Source: Eledone cirrhosa
Taxonomy: Eukaryota
Direction of reading: 5' to 3'
Length of the DNA: 64,000 nt
NCBI GenBank assembly: GCA_964016885.1
Contig: OZ024742.1
Coordinates: 183,954,001 to 184,018,000 of the forward strand
Shown one piece after another: positions 1 to 12,419 of this stretch. The notes under the pieces were generated by a model. It saw nothing but the letters and a program-made list of their open reading frames with translations. It did not search any database and was not told where the DNA came from. Position 1 is the first letter of the stretch. Each line of letters starts with the position of its first letter. A program made the position numbers and the translations under genes.

Positions 1-410
1 GAAAAGACTCCTTGTTTGGTGCATAAACCTGCAGCGTCCACAGAGACCTATGTTTCAGCCTAAACTTCAAGAGGAAAACCCTCCCTCCTAATTGGACACC
101 CACTCCTGTCTGTGTAGTATTTTCTGGCGCCAAATCTGAATAGTGGAGTTTTCATCTTCCATCCAAATCTACAGTGTCAAAGCCGCAGAACTTTGTTGAG
201 GAAACCTCGACTACATCTAGCAGGTAGTATCTAGCTTTCTCCACAAATTTCTGCTCCTATCCTGCTCCTATCCTGTAAGAGTTGTGATGTTTCAGGTTCT
301 AATTGTCAAGGTTTGCTCCCTTCCGAACCGTCTTTGGGGTCTCGGGATATGCAATATTTGTGTGTTCATCCCACGCCTCCCGGAACAGACCGCAGGCCCA
401 TAACCAGTTT
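1..410 (-). mobile_element. Decayed RTE-clade LINE: 5' region and APE endonuclease N-terminus, running off the window edge
   Basis: Manual minus-strand translation with stops: LTIRT*NITTLTG...ARYYLLDVVEVSSTK...KLHYS...TGVG...LQVYAPN, matching APE motifs (W-N-V, D-I-V, G-V-G, V-Y-A-P). Confidence 0.65.
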
Positions 411-1314
411 TTACATACTGAAATGGAGACCGATATATTTTTCGAATAGGCCCCTCACCCTCTGCCTAAGACCTTAACACATCTCCAGTTAACCCGTGGG
501 AAAGACGATAAGGTATGATTCTTTGCGTTTCCTCTCACCGTATTGCAGTTTTTGTCTTATTCATGCCAGTCATGAATCTCGTACATTCTCAGACCCGCGA
601 AGACTCGGCCTTTTTAGAGGCGGCCTTTACTCGCCTCGGTATAGCTATTTCACACACACAGACATATATGATATTCAACTATTAAACAATAAACCAATAA
701 AATAAGGTGAAGCAGTTAATTAATCCGTTGTTTTACGATCATTTCAAAGAGCAAAATGATCCATGTACTGACCAATCAATGGTAGTTATGAAATTCCACG
801 CCATAACCCTTATAAAAAGCATGTGTAATCTACTGTCAATCCTCAGAGACAATATAAAGTGAGGTTAAGGTAGTGAGAAATGAATAATAGTTTAGACATA
901 AAATTCGAAAATTTTACTACAGAAAAATACGGAACTCGCGCTCAATAGAATATAGAGGGAAGCTAGATTAATCTACGTGAAGATAAGGTTCCGAGCTCTG
1001 TTCTTTCTCTCTCGATTCCACTCGGTCGTGAGTCCACGCTGCTGCGCGCACGCACACGCAAGTTGACATATAAATATTTTTTTCTCCTTCCTATATTTTC
1101 TCCTTTGACTCAACCCTTGCGTATGCTATATTTATGTAATTTGCCCAAGGGTATACCTGGTCTTTGCCTGTTTTTTTTGTGTCCTAATGTGCACTGGAAT
1201 TAATGGTATCGACCTTAATAAACTGAAACCTTAGTGATTTCCAGTGGTTGAATGAGGAGATGGTACTGTTTGTCTTCCCGTTGTTTTTTCCTTTGTCTTT
1301 CACCTGTGTGCTCC

Positions 1315-1413
<99 letters not shown>

Positions 1414-1457
1414 AAGTTAAATAAAAGTCAAATGATTAAAATTTAGCTTCGTTTATT

Positions 1458-1512
1458 ACTGCTATATATATTTCAGTGACAGCCATCTTTGGCTGTGACC
1501 TCTTCAGGCAGT
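1458..1512 (-). ncRNA. Minimal type I hammerhead ribozyme
   Basis: Minus strand: ACTGC-CTGAAGA-ggtcacagcca/aaga/tggctgtcact-GAAA-tatata-TA-GCAGT, then AATAAA. Confidence 0.8.
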
Positions 1513-1710
1513 TTGAATTAGTATGGTATAGACAAGTACATATGTTATTTAGGTGTATAATATTGTCAATACTCTGATATGCCCAGTTCCTTGTTGGGTT
1601 GTTAGTTCCTCAGTGAATTAACAACCCAACAAGGAACTGGGCATATCAGAGTATTGACAATATTATACACCTAAACAACATATGTACTTGTCTATACCAT
1701 ACTAATTCAA

Positions 1711-1765
1711 ACTGCCTGAAGAGGTCACAACCAAAGATGGCTGTCACTGAAATATATATAGCAGT
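1711..1765 (+). ncRNA. Minimal type I hammerhead ribozyme
   Basis: ACTGC (helix I), CTGAAGA, helix II stem-loop, GAAA, palindromic TATATA, TA, GCAGT; AATAAA at 1766-1771. Confidence 0.8.
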
Positions 1766-1907
1766 AATAAACGAAGCTAAATTTTAATCATTTGACTTTT
1801 ATTTAACTTTATTTTACACTACTCCGGAGTAACCAAACCAACCTGCGCACTTCGTCAAGTGCTCCAGCCTGCATACTGAGGTGTTGGTATACAACCAACA
1901 TAAACTC

Positions 1908-2007
<100 letters not shown>

Positions 2008-2161
2008 GAAAATACTTTTGTTATGTTTTCCGAAGAAATAAATATTTTTCGAGTCACATACATTATATAGATGACCGAATGTAGTTGCTGAAACGAATGT
2101 AAGAAATAAAATAGTATAATTCATGTTTGTTGTTTTTATACCATCACTATGTGAGTGTGTG

Positions 2162-2208
<47 letters not shown>

Positions 2209-2806
2209 GCGTATGCGTACGTCAACTTTTTCCGTCTATAATGGTAATTTACCCAGTTTTCTAAACTATTATCTTTAATGAGCGACTATTGTTATAGCTA
2301 TTTTCTGTGGTGGAACTCTCACAATTTCAAATATTCTTATAATAAAATCATAGAAAAGTATTAGTTTATATTTCCTGGAATGAAAAGATTTTTTTAATTA
2401 TTATTGGGAGTGAGCATGATTCCAGTTCATTTTTCACTTGAATGCTTTATAAAGTCCAAATAATGCTTTGTAGAATTATATTCTTGATATGAAGCTCTAT
2501 ACTACTAAAGGGCTTTAAATGGCTTTAAATGGATTCCTGCTAGATAAAACACTTCACCAATGCATAATAAAGGATGAATCTTCCATCGGTTTTGACGATG
2601 AGCCTTCTTCGTCTATTAACTTGGCGTCTAACCTCCCTACTTATCACCATCGGCAGAGAGCTGGCTGCCCGCAGGTGTGAGCCTCACGCGCTGGAATGGC
2701 TCTTCCAGCGTATCTCCCACACCATCCTCCGGTGAACGCTTTCTGTATTCTGTCCGCCGGGGCCGTGGGGTGGCCAACGCGTGGGCCCCCATTTGCTCAT
2801 AATAAT

Positions 2807-2985
2807 TGTTTTTATTTGGCACAAGGCCAGCAACTATCCCAGTACATTACTGGTACTTTATTTTATCGACTCGGTATGGATGAAAGGCAAAGTTAACCTC
2901 GGTGGGATTTGAACTCAGATCATAAAGGGCGGTAACTCTATGCTGCAAAGCATGGCGTTCGACTCTCTAACGATACTGCCACTCC
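2807..2985 (-). mobile_element. tRNA-derived SINE, family 1
   Basis: B box GAGTTCAAATCC, 3' end GGCCTTGTGCCAAA...AACAATTATT; 13-bp TSD TGCTCATAATAAT at 2794-2806 and 2986-2998. Confidence 0.85.
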
Positions 2986-3169
2986 TGCTCATAATAATGA
3001 GAGATGGGGAAGAGAGGGAGAGACGGAGGCAGTGACAGTGGGAGTTTGGTTCCTCTGTGTTCGGACCTGGTGTACATGTGTGTGTGACTGATTTATTTGT
3101 CTAGGTTTTGGTATAAATATACCTGTGAATTAAGGTGTAAGTGTTATATTTTCCACAGAAACGTATACC

Positions 3170-3352
3170 ATTAATGTAATTCCTAAGCTGAATCTCCGTG
3201 ACGCAATGTCTGACAAGGCTGGAACTTTTGAATCACAGGTACAATCCTTTCGACTGGCTTCCATACAACTAATTTCCACTCATATTGCAATGGGATTGAA
3301 CCTGGTACCTTATGAGTGCAAAGGGAACTTCTTCACCACTCAATCATGCTTG
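3170..3352 (-). mobile_element. Decayed tRNA-derived SINE, other family
   Basis: Minus strand A-box-like TGATTGAGTGG and B box GGTTCAATCCC; resembles 51240-51500. Confidence 0.5.
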
Positions 3353-4563
3353 TGTCGACGCATAAATAAAACTCAATAAATATAACAATATTTGCTAAAA
3401 CGACGTTTTGGGGGGCTTTTTTTTTTTCATTCAATTTGAAGCAGAAGCGTTTGTAGCAAGTAGGTATAGAATTATATTTATTTACATTAAACTTTGTTTG
3501 GTTTTGCTAGAAATAATAGTATATTATTGGATAACCGAGACTTGTGTACTTTTTACGGTTTAAATACACAACAAATCTCCGTTATGCAAGTGGGCTAAAA
3601 AATGTCAGTAGGACATCCAGGAGTCATGACCTGGATGCAGTCCGGTCCCCTTAGAGTGTAAAAAGTTAAATGTCGAAACATATGTAAGAAGAGAGTTTCT
3701 TCTCTTTAGACCTTCTGCTATCCAGCTCACCTGAGAGTTTCTTTCCACTAAGTTGATATAGAATAATATTTATTTACATTAAACTCTTTGTTTGGTTTTG
3801 ATATAATATTATTTTAGAAATAATCGTATAAAAACAAATGTTATCAGAATAAAGTAATTCAAACTGTTTATGTTAATTTTGGAGTTCTACTTGTTTGGCA
3901 AGTGACTTGATTTGCGACTGTGTTGAAACTAAAACAATTACATCGTGGATGAGTCATTTTATCTATAGTTGTACTTGTCTAACACGTGACTTAATCTGAG
4001 ACTGCGTGTTCAACTTGAAACAATTACATCGTGGAAGAATCATTTTAGAAATTTAAAACCACACAATAACTTCTCTCTTTTCATTTATTTCGTTGTGTCA
4101 AAAAACTTTCGTCGCTCTGTTTGCGATCAGGCCATTGACATAATTCTACTACGATTCTGTAGTTTGAAATGAATGAAAAGTAAATTAGCCTTTATTGTGT
4201 GCTTTTGAATGACTAAAATTACTCTTACACGTTGTAATTACTTGCTGTGCATATTTTTCTGTGGGCCCCACAGTGGCATTGCAGGGACCCACAGTAGCAT
4301 TGCAGGACCCACTGTAGTATTTTAGGGACCAATGCTTTGCTTTCAAAAAATACCCGAAGTCTCAGAAAAAGAATAAATAAAAAAAATAAATAAATAAAAC
4401 AATTAGGCAAAGCATTTGGTCAACCAATTCCCCAGGGAATTAATAGAAACCAAAATATATGATAGTGCAAGTAGCTGGAACCAATGGATGTACATTGTAC
4501 TAAATCTAAAGCTTAGTGTATTCATTCATGCATGCAAACACACATATATAGACACACACAAGC

Positions 4564-4629
<66 letters not shown>

Positions 4630-4920
4630 TTACACACGAACTACTGACCAAATAATGTTTGATATCAATGGGTTAAAGACATCTGTCAAAATACATAATA
4701 TTTTTTTTATTGGGAAAGGTAAGGTATTTTTCCGCAAAAATTTGATTGCACTATTTTGTTTCCACTTATGCATATTTTTTTTTTAAATGCTATTTATTCA
4801 TTATAAAAATTAAATGATAGCATTCTATATGTAGGTGGACCCCCTTCATCTCTTGGCAACCAATATTTTTAGACCCAGTCCGACACTCTGTGTGTGTATG
4901 TGTGTATATATATATATATA

Positions 4921-5633
4921 TATATGTGAAAAAATGGGGAGAAGAATACTGCAGGTTGCATATGGATAACATGTTATAAAATGAGTCCCTCATCAGTGAT
5001 TTGCCGACGATCATAGATATTTCATTGCATTAAAAATCATATACCTCACGTCGGTGCAATAATAACTAAATTAAGTTATTAGGACAATTAAAACGCGTAA
5101 AGCGAGTGAGACAAGTAAACAACAACGAGGAAAGCTAACCGTAGAGAGGAAGGGAACAAGCTACATAGTTATTCTGTTAGCATAAGCTGGGTGAATATAT
5201 GAGCGCTTAGAAAAAAGACCTTTCGAGATGAATCCAAATGTAAGAAAGAAGGAAAATGTATTCGTCGCGAACGGGGTGAAGTGAGAAGGGGAGAAACAGT
5301 GAGTGAGTGAGTGAGTGGAAGTGTGAGGAAGAGTTAACTGACATGACAGAGGGGGCGAAAGAAAGTAGGAGAAACAGAGAGAACGAGGGAGCAGTAAGAG
5401 AGAGAGAGAGGAAAACAGAATCGCAGTTTAGGTAAATATATGTGAAAAAATGGGGAGAAGAATACTACAGGTTGCACATGGATAACATGTTATAAAATGA
5501 GTCCCTCATCAGTGATTTGCCGACGATCATAGATATTTCATTGCATTAAAAATCATATACCTCACGTCGGTGCAATAATAACTAAATTAAGTTATTAGGA
5601 CAATTAAAACGCGTAAAGCGAGTGAGACAAGTA

Positions 5634-5641
<8 letters not shown>
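4921..5641. repeat. ~205-bp direct repeat pair (4921-5125, ~5437-5641), pseudo-LTR-like, between (TA)n tracts
   Basis: Two copies with about 2 mismatches separated by a ~310-bp purine-rich spacer; CTGATGA on the minus strand but no intact downstream GAAA. Confidence 0.8.
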
Positions 5642-5726
<85 letters not shown>

Positions 5727-5914
5727 CTTCTGCGTTCACAGATTGATTTTTTTAGTTTCAGAAGATACCGTTAAGGGTGAAAGCAGCGATTCTTTGCTTA
5801 AACTTTAATCCGTTATTTTAATAAATATTTGCTCTAGGGTTCTTATATATTTGATATAAATTTATTCTTATCGAGCCCTCTTTCGATTTTAGTCTTCAAA
5901 TTTTTTATTTTTAC

Positions 5915-5945
<31 letters not shown>

Positions 5946-6229
5946 ATATAATGCCATTCATTGTAAGTTTGAATCTAACTGATATGCAAAAACATATATA
6001 TATATATATATATATATGATTAAGGTAAGCCCAAGTCAGAGTAGATTCAAATATCACAGATAGCGGGGGTGAGGTGCAACAGAAATGAAAAATGTAGTTT
6101 ATGGAACACCCAAATGACTTAGAAGTCGACCTTAAGTAGGAGCAATAACATTAAGAATGACATGAACGAAACCACATCATTTGGTTTTGAAAATTTTGAA
6201 AGTAGGTTTATAAGTATGAATTTTTATTA

Positions 6230-7500
6230 GATGTTCGTAGTTGTCTCTGTGGCCTAGCGGTAGGTAATAGAGACGGTGGAGATCCTGGGATTGGGTTCAA
6301 TTCTGGCCAAGAGGTAAATGTGATCTTCATCAGTTTTTATTTTACATCCAAATGTTCAAATATTTGGGCCAAAAGGTCCAAATATTTGAACATTTTACTT
6401 TCAAAAATTATCAAAAAAATATGGTTGAGACACCACCCCCGGCGATATGTCTGCTGTCGTGTGACAACGGCGTAAAAGTTGAGAGGAGGGTTACGTCGAA
6501 CACAGAAATTGACACAACAAACACCACCACAAACAACGTGAACAAAGACAGCAATGACAACAACACAGAACACTAATTTAAAAAAAATTACCACACCAAC
6601 GATAATAGTAACAGCGACAACCAAAATACAGACAACAGAAAAATATGACAACAAATGCAACAACGAAATTAACACCACTAACAAGAAAATAAACAACGAC
6701 AACACCAACAACAACAATACAAATTGCACCGACAACAACAACAAAGGTGGCTCCAAAAACACAACAGTGATAACAGCAACAACACCAACAACACTGTTTG
6801 TAGCAGTAGCAACAGTAACAGCAACAGCACCAACAACAAGACCAGTAGCAGCAGTAGCGGCAGCAATATCGGTGCCGCTGAAAAAGGGGCCACTTCTTTC
6901 GCAGGTGTGGCCCGAAATATAGAAACAGTGCTAGTCACGAGGGAGGAGATGGCAGTCGCAAGGGCCATGGTGACAAGAAATGATAATAGAGTTTCCCTGA
7001 AACCTCCACCCGATTCTTTCAAGGACCAGCAGCTACGGACGGTGACTTACCGCACCGTAAGCAAAATGTCACATCGGGTGGAGAGAGCCTCGGAGGCTCG
7101 AATCGAAAAGGCCTTGGGGTGTGTCTGAGCGCGCAAAATCCACATCACCCGAGGCAAAAAGTATGCCACAGTAGACGTACTTTTCGCCACCCCGCGAGAG
7201 GCGAAGTCTCACTCTTTGGAAACCCTGAACAGTGATGAGATAGACTTGGTGCCCTCATACTGCTGGCAGAAAATTGTGAAGGTCAAAGTGACCCAGATCC
7301 CGCCCGACGTGCCCATACCTTGGCTGGCCGCGTCTGTCCTTGGCTTGGATCTCGCCATACGAGCCATCTTACTGGACCCAGAAGGTAAGTCGGTGGTGCT
7401 GGACGTGACCGGCAGCGAAGACAATGCTTTCAGGCTAGTAGCCCTCTACGCCCCAACAGGGGTAGGACGGCCAGATTTCTTCACACGTCTAGAGACCTTT
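6230..7500 (+). mobile_element. Decayed chimeric Tx1/L1-like fragment (T0a): ORF1 5' half fused to a short APE segment
   Basis: SFAGVARNIETVL...TVTYRTVS...WLAASVL matches ORF1 at 26544, then jumps at ~7341 to GLDLAIRAILLDPEGK...YAPTG of ORF2. Confidence 0.8.
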
Positions 7501-10500
7501 TGGCCTACATATTTGAACTTTTTTACATATTAAAAAAATATCGAGAATAAAGAAACACAAAAAAAACATGGCTGATCCACGCCCCCCTCAACGATATGTC
7601 TGCTGTCGTGTGTGTGACAACGACGTAAAAGTTGAGAGGAGCGTTACGGCGAAATTAACAGAAATTGATACAACAAACACCACCACAAACAACGTGAACA
7701 AAGACAGCAATGATAACAACACTGAAAACTCTAATTTTGAAAAAAATGACACTAACAGCGACAACCAAAATACAGATAACAGAAAAAATGACAACAAATG
7801 CAACAACAATATCAACAGCACTAACATGAAAACAAATAGCGACAACAGCAACAATACCAACTGCACCGAGAACAACGGCGGCACCAAAGACAATAATGAT
7901 AACAGCGACAGTGATAACAACAACAACACCAACAAGAACAACGACAACAACAACACCACCAACGACAACAAGAAGAACACTTTCGCTGCGGCAACAGCCA
8001 AAAAGAGGCCATGCTTCAACATGGACCTCTCAAACAAAGATGAAAAGTTGGCCCAGGCCTGGAAGCTCATCAAGCAAGAGCAAACCTGGGAACTGTCCCG
8101 GCAGAAGCTATTGAGGCAGTGGAGCGAAGAACGGTGCATTATAGATGCATCTCAGTACAAACCAAAAGGGCAGCTTTAATCCCACAAGCAGATGTCGAAG
8201 TCGCGCTGAGGTGCATTAGGGATGACACCGAATACATAGCGAGGGGCAGACAATACGGCACCATTTCGGTGCTGTTTAAGTCAGAAGCCCTCGCTATGAA
8301 ACACGCTATGAAACACGCTATGACACCTTGCAAAACCAGCAAGGTCATAATGTACCCCTCCCACATGGGAAAAAGAACAGCCTGTCTCCGCATTCCCAGA
8401 ATCCCACCAGGACTTGACATGTGGTGGCTTCTGGGATGTGTGATTGTGGAGGGGACGGATACCGTCCCGATAGAAGTAACAAGAACTGCCAAAGAGGACT
8501 GGTCCGGGGTTGACCTGGAGATACTTCTCCAGATCAGGCTGGAGAATGGGACGGTCATACACATTATGACCGAGGACAAAAGGCCGCATTGTTTTGTTTG
8601 TGGGGAAAAACCCATTTGCGAGCCTTCTGCCCTCAACTGCTGAAAGATGCAAGCGGTCGAAGGGCTCCATTGCTGCCGACGCCGGGGCGAGGACCACAAC
8701 CAACACCAGCACCGGCAAAACCACCAGCAACAACACCAATAGAAAGACCACCACCAACATTGACCACCCAGAGGGGAAACGAGGGAAGTTGTCAACCTCC
8801 CCCCCCCCCCCAAACAAAAAATGCACATCAATAAAAACATAAACACACACACGGACACACTTACAGACACAGACTCCTTATCTACCAGTAGTGAAGATGA
8901 GGGAAAACCAAAATCCCCCAAAATACAAAAAAGGAAACACAAAAAGAAAAAAAAACAACTCAACAAAGCACAAAAACGCCCACAATAAAAAATGCAGACA
9001 CCACCCACGCAAACATCTCCCCAACAACACCAACATCAACACCACCATCACTATCACCATAATCCCCCAAACGCAAACAACCTAAACAGACGCAAGAACA
9101 AATACACACATAAATATCTGAAACCACAGGCACCGCACTTACAACAAACACAGACACAACCGAAACAACATCATCGAAACCATCACCACCACAGCAACAC
9201 AAACAAATAAAATCACACCAACAAAACATACAAAACTTCGTGCTCGTCAGGAGGGCCAACAAGGAACTGATGGCCCTCGTAGCACGAAGTGAAAATATAC
9301 AAAAAGAGGGGGAAATTTTTAAATCGAGCACATTTCGCGTGCCGGAAGATTTGGTTCTGGTGCGAATGTCGATCGAAGTATACAAAGAAATAGGAGACAG
9401 CTTTCCTCGGGACGTGGAAACCGCGAACGTAAAACCAACTTCAAGACTTTTAAAGGGGTTCCCAAAAGAAACCCCACCAACTATGGAGGTCGAACAAACC
9501 GACCTTCACAAGAGCCCGGAAGGTAAGTAAACCTTTCCTCTCTCTCTTTTTAACCTGCCAACATGGCCGTATTAAGAGTAGGATGTTTAAATGTTCGAGG
9601 CCTGGGATCGTCCTGGAAGCAGGGTCACCTGCTCAATGACCTCAGGTCTCTAGAAATGGATGTAATTGCCGTCAGCGAGACCAGGATTTTCGACACGCGC
9701 GCACTAGCCCCCATTTTCGACGACTATCAGATCTTTGCATCTGTTAGCCGGCCGGGAATGGGAGGCGGGGTGGCAGTGCTGTTTAGGAAAGGCCTGGATC
9801 TTGAGGTAAGGTCGATCTTCCGGGACCTGGACAGGAAGTTGGTGGTCCTGGACGTGAACAATAACGAAGGTGGTGCCTTTAGACTGGTGGTCGTCTATGC
9901 TCCTACTGGGGCAGGACGGCCGGACTTCTTTAGACGCCTGGAAACCTTTCTGGGCACGTCTCGCCCTTTACTGTTAGCGGGGGACTGGAACGGCATCTTA
10001 GACGCACGCTGGGACTGTGTGGGAGTAACTGATAGGAGCGGGGGTGCAAAAGCCTTAAGAACCTGATCAGCCAGTTCCAACTGTCTGACAGGTACCGACT
10101 AGATTTCCCTAATACGCCAGTGTGGACCTGGGCTAACCGCATAGGGTCATCTAGTTCGTATATAGACAGGATATTCATTAGGAAAATAGACAGAAATAAT
10201 GTAAGCTGTCCACGTTTTAAAACGGTCGCCTATTCAGATCACAAGTTTGTGATCTGTATAGTCGACCTAGATAAGACGCGTAGGTTAGGACCTGGTTACT
10301 GGAAGCTAAACATGTCATTTCCGGCACGTAAGGCTTACAGGGACCAGGTCAACAATTTAGTTAAGAAAAAGTTGACAGGGGGAGTCGTCAACAATAGATG
10401 GTGGGGGGAGGGGGGCTCTCAAAAGAAAGATTAGAGTAATGTCGATAGAGTTTAGCAAAGAAGTAGCGTTAGAGAAAAATAGAAAGGAGGGGGAGTTGGT

Positions 10501-11005
10501 AGATAAGTTAGCGAGGCTATTGGTAGTGGCATTGCAACTGACGTGCTAGCGGCGAGAATGGCATTAGACCATTTCTTCAATGCGAAACACGAAGGTTGCA
10601 TTGTCAGAGCTAAGGCGCGTGCTCTGAGAAACGAGGGAACCAAAGCTGTTCGATGGGCCCGCGTGGCAGAGGCGCAGCGTGGTAAAACCACGATTCGGTC
10701 TTTGACGGACCGAGACGGACACGAGCTGAGCGATTCCAAGCGGATGTGTGAGGCCTTTCGCCAACATTTTGCTCGGTTGTTCGGGGGAATTGGCGGGTCA
10801 GAGATGGTGGCGGACTTCAGTCCCTACCTCGATGGCTTGCCGCAACTCTCGACGGCTGACGCTGGGCGCTGCGAAAGGCCAATTACTTCAGCCTAGATTC
10901 AGGATGCCCTTGTCATATTGTTTACTCGATTTTTCTGTAAAACCCCAGTCCCAGTCTTTTGTATTGTCCCCTATATGTCGGCCCTTGTGGCCAATAAATG
11001 AAATC
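7501..11005 (+). mobile_element. Decayed Tx1/L1-like LINE, divergent subfamily (T0b), RT region deleted
   Basis: Frameshifted ORF1 (7568-9530) with knuckle CFVCGEK..H....C; ORF2 from 9563 (LNVRGL, SET, GDWN, SDH) breaking at ~10905; 3' end CCCTTGTGGCCAATAAATGAAATC + (ATT)n. Confidence 0.85.
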
Positions 11006-11158
11006 ATTATTATTATTATATATATAATAAATGTTATATAGCTGACCACTATGGAAATTCCACAAACCATTTAAATGTCATATTGATCTTTAATATTTGG
11101 CGGTTGCTTTTAATTACACCGTGGTCACCTATATAACATTTATTATCTCAAAAAGAAG

Positions 11159-11338
11159 GTGAATTGGCAGTATCGGTAGAGGGTTGGACGCCATGCTTTC
11201 TAGCATAATTACGTCCCTTTACAGTCTGAGTTCAAATCCCGCCGAGGTTAACTTTGCCTTTCATCCTTACGGGGTCGATAAAATAAAGTACCAGTAATGT
11301 ACTGGGTAATTGCTGGCCTTGTGCCAAAAGTAGAAACA
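11159..11338 (+). mobile_element. tRNA-derived SINE, family 1
   Basis: A box TGGCAGTATCGG, B box GAGTTCAAATCC; 17-bp TSD ATTATCTCAAAAAGAAG at 11142-11158 and 11339-11355. Confidence 0.9.
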
Positions 11339-12084
11339 ATTATCTCAAAAAGAAGCGATAAGTGTTTCTCTGTGATCTAAAAGTTCTGTAGAATCTGGCT
11401 GGGACAAGGTCCCGTTACATTCCCTACATTGTTCCTCCGGTACATTACCAAGATTCTGGTTGTTTATTTTAGCGGGGCTTACTTCTATGTAGATAATAGT
11501 GAGGTCTCCATATATGAGCTTTTGCATTGTAACAGTTATTGTATTATTTGTTATTCATATTTATAAATTATGCTAGTGTCACCTCAGTCGTGAGATATTA
11601 TTACAATTGTCGTAATGGAGGAAATCGCTTTCTCAGATTCGTGAATCGTACATGCGTTATTTGATTTCTATTTGAATGCTATGAATAAATTCAACTATCT
11701 ATTTCTGGTTATATTCCTGATGACAGAAATCGGAGCTGTACTTTAATTATAGACTCCACTATATGTTTATCTTCTCAGAAGAGATATTTTGAACCAAGTT
11801 TAACGTTGTAATGTCATTAAAAGACAGACCAATCACTAAAAAGTTATAAAACCAGTATAACTGGTCTTATATTCAGTTCAACTATAACTAGTAAGCACAT
11901 ATTCTTTCATTTTCATACATTGTATATGTATGGAACTGTAAACTCCTGATGAAATACGGCGTATCCTGAGCATTTTTAACCTGGCAGAGCGCATCCCTCT
12001 CCAAGTCTGAAAACAGCTGATTTCTTCCAGAGAATGAGCGAGAGGAAGTAAGAAAGATATATAGAGGAAGAATCGACACCAATA

Positions 12085-12225
12085 ATGAAATAACACTTTA
12101 TTTACCGTCTCCGAAATGACGAAAGGCAAAGCTGATTTTGGCGGGATTTGAACTTAGAGCACTAGAACGATTATTGTAAAGTATTCTATCTGTTTTTTTT
12201 CTAACGATTCTGCCAATCTGCCACG
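12085..12225 (-). mobile_element. Decayed partial SINE, family 1
   Basis: Contains GAAAGGCAAAG...GGCGGGATTTGAACT shared with 2807-2985 and 62472-62661. Confidence 0.6.
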
Positions 12226-12419
12226 TAGTTCAACTATTTGCTATAAATATATTTTCTTTCATTTTCAAACAACAACATTTTTAACTTATCACATCTCTCC
12301 ATTTCTCATGGCTTTCGATAAACTTTCCTTGAATCCTTGAAAGCGATTCACTCGACCATGACTTTGCACCAAAAAAATTCCTCTCCAAGTCGAAAGCCTT
12401 CACAAAGTGCTTTATAGAA

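Larger units (their letters stand above)
1407..1816. repeat. ~410-bp near-perfect palindrome, probably inverted pseudo-LTRs of a Penelope-like element
   Basis: Arm ~1407-1605 is the reverse complement of ~1613-1816 with about 3 mismatches; each arm carries a hammerhead motif; abuts (TA)n. Confidence 0.85.

Noticed and set aside
3459-4047. Short diverged direct duplications (3459/3750, 3923/4012)
   Set aside because: Probably internal repeats of an old DNA transposon; termini not resolvable.
11345-12129. Short unique ORFs as host exons
   Set aside because: No recognisable domain or consistent exon chain; small exons cannot be excluded without transcript data.
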